The notes under the pieces are model-generated. The model was not told where the DNA came from and searched no databases. It saw only the letters and a program-made list of their open reading frames with translations. Of a stretch of 64,000 nt of DNA, positions 23,600-33,844 are shown piece after piece. The stretch is from Vicugna vicugna (Eukaryota): contig MU057744.1 of the NCBI GenBank assembly GCA_013265495.1, positions 2,741,370 through 2,805,369 on the forward strand. Reading direction: 5' to 3'. Numbering within the stretch: the stretch's first letter is position 1; each line of letters starts with the position of its first letter. Made by a program: the position numbers and the translations under genes.

Positions 23600-24439
23600 G
23601 CTGTTACCATCACTAAAAAGCCCCGTAAAAGCCACTTGCAGGCCTGTCTCTTTTAGTCAGCAACGCAGGCTTCTGAAATCGATATCTTCAATAACGCTTT
23701 CTAGAGGAAAAGTTTTATGTTTCCCTCTTAAATGCCTTTGTCATGGTCATATTTTTAATGTGGAATGGAGTCAGAAGTCAGGTCATTAGGCTCTAAATAA
23801 TAATCAGTTTACTGTAAAATGCCTGAAAAGAACTCAGTGTTGAAAAGAAGCACACCTTGGCCAAAAAGCAGGTGACCTGGAATTCGGAGTACCTGAGGTC
23901 AGGCTCCTCTTTGCTGCCCATCGGCCTGCGGCCACGGCCACTTCACCTCCACGTAGCTCAGAAGGCGACTTGGTCTAGGTGGGGTGACGTCCAAAGCACG
24001 TTTCTAGCTCGAAGATTATGTTGCATCTTTGATTTTTTTCTATATCCATTGATACATTTGTAAGGCTTGGTAAGAGTGGATGGAAAGGAGAGTGCATCCG
24101 TGTTAATTTTCCAAGATAAACTTGGCTTCCGGTGGTCTGTTCCTCATCTTTTACTTGCTTCACTCTTGCTTTGTTTCCTTGTCTCTTTTTCTTTTTATGG
24201 ATGTAAACATAAAATCATCATTTCTTTCCCTTCAACTTTTTTAATTAGGAAAGTTAAAACCCATGTCTTTGGTGCAGAGCTGGACTCAGGCTGTGCGCTG
24301 ACCACGGCATCGTCTTCTGTAGAGGTTACTGCATACTTCTGACCAGCTCTCTGAACCCAGCGGTTCAGGAGCAATACCATGTTGCACATCTTTAAATCAC
24401 TGAAAAGATCTCACTCATTTGCAATCCATGAAATTTAAT
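23600..24439 (-). pseudogene. One or two decayed exons
   Basis: Strong acceptors at 24440 (ttgctttctgtgcttccccag) and 23823 (gagttcttttcag); purine-rich broken frames (ORFs 24195-24389 and 23975-24163). Confidence 0.35.
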
Positions 24440-24879
24440 CTGGGGAAGCACAGAAAGCAAGGAGGTGCTTCACCTCGTGTTACTTGAAAAGTGCTTTGAT
24501 TGTCAATCACAGAGGAAGCAATGAATAAAAATCCGTTATTAGCATTGCTGTTACTAAGTGGATCAGGCTTAAGAAGAGACACGCTTTAGGCTGTCAGTCA
24601 GTTTCCTGGTCGGGGAAATACCATTTTTAGGAGTGTTTGGAGATGGGCTCCTGCAAAGGAGAGAGAAGGTGCAAAACTAGCTGCTGGGGGCACTGAAAAT
24701 GCTCCTCACTGTGCGTTCGCTTAGTAACAGTCTTTGAAAAAGGAAACAATCAGGTAAAAATGTTAAAGCAACTTCCACATCGATAAACAAGTATTGAGGC
24801 AAAGAACCTTCACTTTGGAAATACAGTAACTATTTGTACAAATGTGACTTTCAGGTACTTAACAGACAGTACTCCTAAA

Positions 24880-26179
24880 ATTATATGGTGGATGGAAAAC
24901 CAGAAGAACCCAAATGCAAAAGGCATGTTATTTTAAAGCAATGGCTATAAGAAACTGTGTGGATAATGAGAAAAGAAGCATCATTCAGTGGGAACTCAAC
25001 ACCCATTCAAATAACATCAATTCCATATCTGCTGTCAGTAAGGACTCTGGTAGACATGGACTTCAGGGTCTCAGAGATAAAGGAAAATGCCAACTTCATT
25101 TCATAGGAAAAAAGATTTTTAGAGCCTCAGAAAAAGTCAAATAGGCAACGCTCCTTCTGCTACCTACACATTTGAATAGCAGTTCTTTGGCATTAGGATA
25201 TCCAAGATTGCAAAGGACAGCAGCTACCTCCAACGGAAGCAACAGCCGTGTTTTGTGAACCTTCCAAAGAGCCGTGTGTACACAGTGGTCCCCATGTGTC
25301 AGCAGGAGAGGGATTCCCGGACCCCCAGGGGGGCCTGGAAGCTCCGACAGCACCAGACCGTGTCTAGACTGTGTTTCTTCCCGCGCAGACAGACCTCTGA
25401 CGGAGGCCACCTTATAAATCCGGCTCAGGAAGAAATGAGTAACAGCCGATGATGAGATGGAGCAATTGTAACAGTATACTGCGGCGGCAGTTACGTGTAG
25501 GTGGTCTTTCTTCCTCTAAGCACCTGTGCAGGTGTAATCATGCCCTTCTGTCTTCGTAGCTAAGCCCTCATTCCGCACTGTGGCCACAACGCTTGCAGTC
25601 TAAGGTGTGACAGCCACACGGGCACGCATTTCTTCTCATCCTTCACGATTTCAGTGATAGCAGATTCACTCTCACTGTGCATCTAAGCAATCTCTATACA
25701 GTGGTTTTCTCCTGTCCTTATTAAAGTGGAGAATGTTCTCCTTGCCACTTGTAGGAAGCACCTTACAGCGGCTTTTTGGCATATCTGAATTTCCAGCATC
25801 CCTGCCCTCGGGCTTTGGGTCCATGCAGTGCAGTACGGGCGACTTGAACATGAGCCCTGGGGGCCGTGGCAGACGGTCTCATAGCCCCGCTGCTGCCAAG
25901 CGGCTGACGGGCAGGATGTGCTGACGCCACAGGTGGGACGGAGCCGGACGGCACGGGTTTCATCGCGCCACTCAGAATGGCATGGGATTTAAATCTCATG
26001 AATTTTTTATTTCTGGAATTTTTCATTTAATATTTTCGGACCATGGTTGACCTTGGGTAACTGAAACCTTGGAAAGCAAAACTGTGGATGAGGGGGGACA
26101 ACTGTGTACTTTCTGAATGTGCCCTTTCAATAGCATACTCTCATGAACTATACTAAGAAGCTCTTCTGCTGCCAACCAT
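24880..26179 (-). pseudogene. Coding-like exon split by Tigger2
   Basis: WLAAEELLSIVHESMLLKGHIQKV [Tigger2] HTALWKVHKTRLLLPLEVAAVLCNLGYPNAKELLFKCVGSRRSVAYLTFSEALKIF, then frameshifted YEMKLAFSFISETLKSMSTRVLTDSRYGIDVI*. Confidence 0.45.
25283..26104. mobile_element. Tigger2 deletion derivative (~820 bp)
   Basis: TIRs cagtggtcccc and gggggacaactg; internal ggtaactgaaacc...ggaaagcaaaactgtggat and atttctggaatttttcatttaatattttcggacc. Confidence 0.9.
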
Positions 26180-26787
26180 CTTTTAAGGAATCAAACTTTA
26201 TCAGACCAAATATACAGAATACTTATATGCCCAAATTCTACCCCAGGTAACTTGAGGCCATAGTGTATATGCAGTGGTTACAATGCAAAATAATAAAACA
26301 GTGTTTCCCTGCCTTTTCCTCTGTTCCCTCACCCATTCTTCCTTTTATGAAAATAAATATATTAAATACGTTACTCTAGAATCTTAATGTCGCCTGAAGA
26401 TTAAATGGCAGCCAGGTACTTTCTTAGAGACATTTAGAAGATGAAAGTACTTAGAACGTTGAGGGTTTTAAAAGCACGATGTTTCAAACCTATTATGTTA
26501 TTTTCTAATATCTCTTATTTTAAATTGTAAATTTATTTTGTTTTTGAGAGGCGAAAAAGGAAAAATTGCAAGGGGAAAAAAAGCCTTACAGAAAAAAAGC
26601 ACGATAGTTTGATTTGGTTATTTCCAGGAAACTAATGAGTCAACATAAATTCTAAAAAGAGTCCATATTTTAACCCGTTTATTGGCAGTACACTAACTTG
26701 GAAAAATAACCTTAAGAGAATTAGAGGATTCTGGGGAAGTTACACCCTAAGTACAATAATGCATTTTCTTTTTCCCAGAAGTCGCCT

Positions 26788-26848
26788 TGTGTGTGTGTGT
26801 GCGTGCGCGCGTGCGTGTGCTGGTGTGTGTAAGTGTGTGAGTGCGCAC
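26788..26848. repeat. (GT)/(GC) alternating purine-pyrimidine tract
   Basis: tgtgtgtgtgtgtgcgtgcgcgcgtgcgtgtgc... Confidence 0.85.
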
Positions 26849-27119
26849 GACAGGTGTGTGTATTGGGTGTAAGAGGGGAGAGGAATCTGACTCGCTAATT
26901 AATCCATAAAGATACGAGGGGCTCTCTAGTCTGTTTCCAGGGTGCCAGACGGGGGCACAGGAGGAGAGGACCTGCAGGCTGAGGGGAGAGCTGCCCGTCT
27001 GAGGGGCCACGAGCAGCACGCAGCCTGACCTGCTACCTCGCTGAGGGCGCTCAGCTAGCGTGCATGCTGTGTCTGCTCGGTCGTCTGTTCACGTAGCCGC
27101 CTGTTTCATCTGTGCTCAC

Positions 27120-28560
27120 CCACTCTGCGTGTATTTATCGAGTGTCTACTATTTGTTGGAACAATCCTGGTATTGGGGTGCAGTGGCAGCAGAACACAGT
27201 CGTGCTCCTCATGAAATGATCAGTCCGTCTGGAATTAGGGTGGTGGATGTGTGATGGGGAGGGAATTATCAAGAACTGAAACATAAAACTCTCTTTCAGG
27301 AAAACATACAGAAAGTAGAGGCTGTATCAAGCTCAATCTTGTTGGAAAATCTCAGAATCTTCCCGAAGGCAGTGGTATTTGAACTCAACCGGAAAGAAGC
27401 GAAGGAGTTAATGAGCTCAGTGGACCACAGTCTTGGGAAGGGCCAAAGTCCCCGAGGCAGATGGCAGTGGGTTCATCTAGGAGCTGCATGCTGGACGATC
27501 TGACTGGAATGGGAGAAGGAGTTTTTCCGCGGTACAGCAGGACGCCAGAGGCGCTGACGGCGACCAGGTTTTGTCCTTAAAGCTGAGGGAAGTTATCGGC
27601 TGAAGTGTCTAACAGAGAGGGGCTTGATTAGATCTGGAGTGTGTAAAAGGTCCCCACGACTCCAGTCTGGAAAATGGACTAACGGCCCCAAAGCAAGCAG
27701 ACAGAGTCTGCTACCAGCTGCCTGCCATCGCCGAGGAAAAGCCTGGTGCTGGGCAGGGAGAGGAGGGCAGATGCGTGATGTATTTGTGCTATCACGACAG
27801 GCACTGGGGTGCAGTGGCCAAGTCTGAGAGCCCGACAGCCCGTTGCCACGGGCTAGTTTGTGCTGGATACATTGCATCTGAAGAGCGTTTGAACTGCCCA
27901 AACGGAGACTCGGAGCAGCATCTGGGTGGGTGTGACTGGTCTTGGACAGGAGGTTTGGACTTGGGGTCAGCATTGTGTATGTGACATCTGGAACCCCGTG
28001 GAAGGGCTAGCCAGAATCACGTGGAAACCTGAAGGAAAAGAAAATCGCAGCATTAACTGGGTAGAAGGAAGGCGCCGTAGAAGCAGCCGGGAGGAGGAAG
28101 CAGGGAGCGAGGGAAACGGCAGGAAAGGGGGTGGTGCTTTGCTCGCTTTGGTTTCACTTGGGACGATATGAAAAACTGCAGAGGTAAAGACTGAGCATGT
28201 TCATTGTCCGGAACGTGGAGGGTCGTGGGCGTTACTGGGGCCTCTGGGGAACGCCGTGTTGAGGCCCAGCAGGAGCGGAAGGGGAACTGCCTTGGGTTCA
28301 GGAGCAAGGGACCGGGAGGAGAGAGAGTGGGTGAGGGCGGTGCTGCAGGGGGAGCTGAGACATCCCCCGGCCCTGTGCCCCCCCCCCCCGTCAGGATGGG
28401 GCGCAGTCAGGCACGTGGGAATCCTGACGGGGAAGGAGCCGGTGAGAAGGAAATGCTGAAGGCAGGAAATTGTAGGAAACACAGGAAGTGTTAGACGGGG
28501 AGACGCAGTAGGAGCCACTAGGGTCACCGTGGTCCCATCGGGCCTGTCGCTCAGAGCTGG
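27120..28560 (-). mobile_element. L2 LINE fragment
   Basis: tatttatcgagtgtctactatttgt tail, followed by a purine-rich L2 body. Confidence 0.75.
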
Positions 28561-29840
28561 GGTGCGGCTTTTCCTGCCTCCGCTCTGCCTCATGCTGGAG
28601 GGTTCTGTAGGACTCCGCCTGTTTAGCACCGATACAGGGAATGTTGCAGCTCTCGGCTGAGTCCCTGGGATGCACCTTGCCAACCGTGGCTACTTGGCTT
28701 CATGCAGGAAAGGATTCAAGAGTGAGCCACAGCTGAGTGAAGGTGGATGTATCCAGAGAGACGCCCGTTCCATAGTCAGTTCAGGCTGTTTCCAAAGGCC
28801 GGACGTGGGGGTGGGTAGTTTTTCTGGGCTCGGTGACGTCATATGCTGACAAGTGGGAGGACCGTTCCCACTGCTTTGGGGCAGGGCTGGGAGCCCAGGA
28901 TGGGCCGTCACTCACCCTTTGACCTTCCATGGGCAGCCTGGAAACTGCCCTGGCACCTGTGGGAGTGTCACTTGGCAGCTGCTGTATCCAGTGAGTGTGC
29001 GCTGACGCTCACGGTCTACTGGGAGCTGACCCTTCCGCTATCTTGGTGCTGATGGCTGTGCCAGTCCTGTAACGGCTGCGCCCTGCCCCCTCCCTCCTGT
29101 CTCAGGGGACTTTCATTCTCATCTCTTAATCAGCTTGAGACTGCTGAACCTCTGCTCACCTACCCCGCGTGAGCTTGAGGCAAGTCTGCCTTGCTCTGCT
29201 GATTCTCCGCTGCGTCCCTAACTGTTTCATCAGCCTCTGACTCTACATGGTTATTAGCAAATATCCTGAGTTGGAAGGCAGCTCACGTGATTCTAGCTCC
29301 CATCTCTGGGATTCCCTTTCCTCTGAGGCGACCTTGGCCTCTCAAATCCTGTTTCTTCAGTGACTCTGCAAAGGGTTCAAGTTGATTTTGTATTTTATCC
29401 AGCTGTCTCCTTGTGGCCTTGCTGGAAGCTCCTCCATCCTGTTCCAAAGAGGCAGAGCGGTGCTTCTTCTAACTCTGAATACTATGTGTGACCCCGTAAA
29501 ACCCACAGAAGTTGTGCTCCAGATGTTCCCTTCTTTTATACAGTATTAAAAGTAAAGTTCTTTTAACTAAAGCCCCCTTTTCCCTTAGGTCAGGGCACAG
29601 TCTTCTAGAAACTGATAAACAAGGACCAGCAGTCTGGGTTCTACCCACAGTTCTCAGGCCGTGGGTTTCAGAACGTGGTCTGTGGAGGGAGGCCGTGTTT
29701 TCTCATCTCACTGATTTGGGGATGCAGAGATGCCAGGTGGAGCTGTGAGACTTAACAGTGGCTCCCCTGAATCTTTGCTGTTTTGAACAGGGAAGCTTTT
29801 ATTTTGCAAAATTTATAGAATTAAATGATGAGGATTTTTT

Positions 29841-32800
29841 TACGTGCTTTAATATATTCTGTAAGAATTTTCCAGTAACAGGAGACAATTAAATAGCATC
29901 ATTCCTCATGTGAAAAGTGGGACTGGAATTACAGCTCGCTTGGTGCAAGGGAAGGCTCTGTGCACGGTGCGCCGTCGAGCTGCGGCCCTGCCAGGTTCTC
30001 CTCCCTCGTCTCGTTCGCGGTGGGACGCGGCCCCGATTATGTGCTGGCTCAGGTCCTTGTCTTCTGAAATCCTGTCTTCCTACACAAGTTTCCACAAGAA
30101 ATCAAGAGTAACATGTTCCTGGCTCCAGGAGAGAGCTGTACTATCCTTGGAACTTACGTTTAGAAGCCAGACAGGTCATGTTTCACCTGGCAAATAGCCT
30201 GAACAGGCCCTTCTTTAGAAAGTCAGATTGTTGTGTCTCTCACAAGGCTTGAATCATTTTGCCGTTAACTTCTTGTTCCCTGCGGCTTCAGTGCCTGAGG
30301 AAGGTGGATGCAGTACCAGAGTGACCGTGTGTGTTTGTTCTGAACACTCAGCTGTAGCTTTCAAAGAGGCTAAACGCCAGCTGTTGGTCTCTGTACTGAT
30401 GTCATACATGTGAAGGTAACGTAATGTTATTTGTCGATTATGTCACAAATAAATAAATAAAGATGAGCGTAAAGCTGTACTTGAAGAACGTGCTAAATTC
30501 CAAACCAAAATCTGGCCCTTTTACCGAGTACACAGTGAGATTTTGTTCTAAGAAAATGGTATTTCATCAACTCCAGAGTCATTGTGGGTCTTGTTCTGAC
30601 CATCGTGATTTTCAGATACAACATTAGATTTGTCCTAGTGTATAAATGCCTCCAGCGTTTTCATTTGCAAGTGAGCAGTCATCCAACTTACTTAATAAAT
30701 GAAAACTTTCAGCTTCCAGATAATTGTTGATTCCGTGGACACGGCCACGTGGACGGTCTGAAGAAAGGTACTAGCGCTGTACAGTGTTTCGTCTTGGTTA
30801 ACTCCTCGTTCTGACCTGGTTCAGCCTTTACAAAGCAATGACTCCGCATAAAGTCCTGGACCCCACCTGGTTCACAGCTTACTCTTAACTCTCTGAACAA
30901 CCACACTGCAAACTACCTAATATTGTGGGGCATCACACTTTTTTCTAAAACACGTCTGTTGGGAAATCATGTAAAATACAATGTGAGAAAAGTATGGTTC
31001 CTTGAACATAGTTGTCAAAATACTTGTAAAATTCCGCTTGTTTTGTTGAAAGCATAATTTTAAGAATGCATAAAAGACAATAAAAAGAAAGCTCAGTTGA
31101 GAAACCATATGCTTCTAGGAAAACCAAAGAATCAAGTAGTGACAGCGAGCAAAAAGTACCAAGTTCTGCTGGGCAGGTGCGTCATACCTGCAGAATGGAA
31201 GGTTTCAATTCATTCTAAGCTAGAAGCAAGGGTAATAATTTAAGAACAAGAATGAAGAAATTGAGCTTCTCCTGTTTATAAGGCCCTCAGTTTACTTCCC
31301 TGGGAAACCCTCTGAGCCGTGCCCACCCCGCCTGGGGCAGTAGCCAGGGTCTGCACCCCAGCCCACCATCTCACAAAGCACCATGCAGAGGAAGGAGGGC
31401 CAGAGGGGCCCCCGTGGACCCCAGCGGACTGAGACTGGGGAAACGAGCTTTGTCTTCCTTTACCACTTGTTCTGTGGAAATCCGCTTGAGAGGAGTCTGA
31501 CCTTTCTCTTTTCTGTGTCTGGGTCTAGTGGCGGACGAGGTGAGAGGAACCAAGGCTGGGCAGGAGACAGCTGTGGGACACTGGTTAATGCTTGTGGGCA
31601 ACACACGTGACCAAGACAGCAACAGATCGCCAGGTATTAACAGACGGACGCTAATGGACGAGCCTTCCAGAGCTGCCAGCCCAACAAAACCACAGGTGAC
31701 CCTGTTTCTTTCGAGAACTGGGCTGTGACTGGTCTCAGTGTTACAGCTTTTCCTTCCTCTCCAGTGCTTTTGAATTCCTTGGCTCAAGGCTTTCCCAGTC
31801 TCCTACTGTTTTCTTGGGGATAACGGAGCCAATGTGACAGGCAAAGTCTCAAACTTCAAAGCTTCAGTTTTTTTCCTTGGCTTGCCTGCTCCCACGTTCC
31901 GTGGGCTGATGCTCTGGCCCAGGTGTGCGGGTACTGAACATCGGTAATGAAAGACTGGGTTTATCTAAGGAAGTTGTTAATCCTGTTGTGTTAGTTAGCT
32001 TTATGAAATATTTATGAAACTGCAAAACACTTGGGGAAAAAAACCCTCAATATTTTGTCACGAAAGAATACTAGAACTTGAGAAAGTAATACAATGAAAG
32101 GTGTATTGTGCACGTATTAACATGAGCCCAAACCCAAGGGTATACACTATATATACAAAGTAACAGTGTGTCTAGGGAAGAAAGACAGAGGAAGAGGCGC
32201 AGGGAAATACAAAGCGTCCTTACAGGCACTGAGGCGGGAAGCCCCATAAAAAGACCCCAGGCAGGGCCTCTGCTCTCCTCCCAGCACCGTCCGGTTCCCT
32301 GGCCCAGAGGCTCTATCTCCCTTTTTGCCTCTAAAGGCTAACTTACACCTAGAAGTCTATTGGTTCCCTGAGCTCACTTCTGATTGGTTATTTCCTTCAC
32401 TCCTGATTCGTTACTACTCTCACTTCTGATTGGTTAATACTCTCACTCCTGATTTGTTATTACTCTCACTTCTGATTGGTCCACTTCCCTAACTTCTGAT
32501 TGGTCCATTAGTAGTACTTCAGTTGCATGGAGCTCACTCCTGATTGGTCTATTTCTACAAAGCTTGTTCCTGGTTGGTCAACTTCTGTTCTACTTTATTT
32601 GCATATGATGTTGCAAAGTGTAAAACTGGCAGCCTATAAAAGGGCTGTGTAAACCTACAGATGGGGTCCAGAGCTTGAAGTGTTAAGTCTTCTGGGCTCG
32701 CTAGCGTAATAGAAGTGAGTTCTCCAGCTCTCCAAGTGCTGCTTGGTTTCTCGTTCAGATCCAGGCTGCTGTCACAATGGAGCTGTAACACATTTTCCGC

Positions 32801-33844
32801 AACAGCACCAGTAAACAGCTGCTTATGCCGATAGTGAGCACAATGTCTTGTTATGATAGAGTAATAATCATACAAGAAAGTTTTTTGATTAGCAACTTCA
32901 TGGAAGAGGTACCGCTTTAGTGGAGATTTACAAAATTTCAGCTTGTAAATTGAGGTTAGGTGGTCAGGTTGTCCAACATAAAGGAAAAAATGTGCAAAAA
33001 GTAAGAAACTAACTGATCACAGAGTTGAAATGATAAAGAGATATTTTGTTAAAGTTAGACATAAAAATTATATTTTACTATATTTATTTCACTGTTTTTG
33101 CTGAATATTGAAAGTTAATTATAGACATAGACATTTCACACCTAAGTATTTTAGCAGGCATCTCTAAAATATAAAAACATCTTCTACATAATCTTAAAAA
33201 CATTATTAAATCTAAAAAATAGTATTTCCTTAATATCAGATACTTACAGCCATCTTCAAGTTTCTCAGATTGTTTCCTCAAAAATAGTATTTTTTAATCA
33301 ACAGACTATAGTTATGGCTAAGAATTACATGTGTCTCTTTTAACCTNNNNNNNNNNNNNNNNNNNNNNNNNNNNNNNNNNNNNNNNNNNNNNNNNNNNNN
33401 NNNNNNNNNNNNNNNNNNNNNNNNNNNNNNNNNNNNNNNNNNNNNNNNNNNNNNNNNNNNNNNNNNNNNNNNNNNNNCAATTTTTCAACATAAACATACA
33501 TATATTCATTGTCACATTTTTTTTCCGCTGTGAGCTACCACAAGATCTTGTATACATTTCCCTGTGCTATGCAGTATAATCTTGTTTATCTATTCTGTTC
33601 TGCNNNNNNNNNNNNNNNNNNNNNNNNNNNNNNNNNNNNNNNNNNNNNNNNNNNNNNNNNNNNNNNNNNNNNNNNNNNNNNNNNNNNNNNNNNNNNNNNN
33701 NNNNNNNNNATGTTCTGTGTTTTGCATCATTTCAGTGGCATGTAACACGTGATGTAGGCTTTCTCGTCAGTTATTTTAAATCTGATTTCTGGGTTAATGC
33801 AGAGCTAGCAGGATCTCTCTAACATTAGGTTAGGTTTTGTGGGT
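29841..33844 (+). repeat. Tandem near-identical duplication, copy 1
   Basis: Matches 34641-38940 at offset 4800, then 5014 after a 214-bp indel. Confidence 0.97.
32169..32803 (+). mobile_element. ERV solo LTR with tandem CCAAT (ATTGG) array, octamer and TATA
   Basis: ~21-bp repeats ctcactyctgattggtta; atttgcat at 32597-32604; ctataaaa at 32634-32641; gagctgtaaca near the end. Confidence 0.85.

Larger units (their letters stand above)
1..26179 (-). pseudogene. Unidentified multi-exon protein-coding gene, largely decayed (candidate unitary pseudogene); 3' end runs off the window
   Basis: About 18-20 minus-strand segments in non-repeat DNA, most bounded by pyrimidine-tract-AG and GT(A/G)AG-type donors, with mostly compatible phases and protein-like translations. 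Several carry stops or frameshifts. No homologue recognised. Confidence 0.6.

Noticed and set aside
29791..29892. Plus-strand acceptor followed by a 33-codon frame (GSFYFAKF...)
   Set aside because: Isolated, with no partner exons and no recognised homology.
32370..32560. CRISPR-like spaced repeats
   Set aside because: Mammalian DNA; these are degenerate LTR U3 repeats with no unique spacers and no cas genes.
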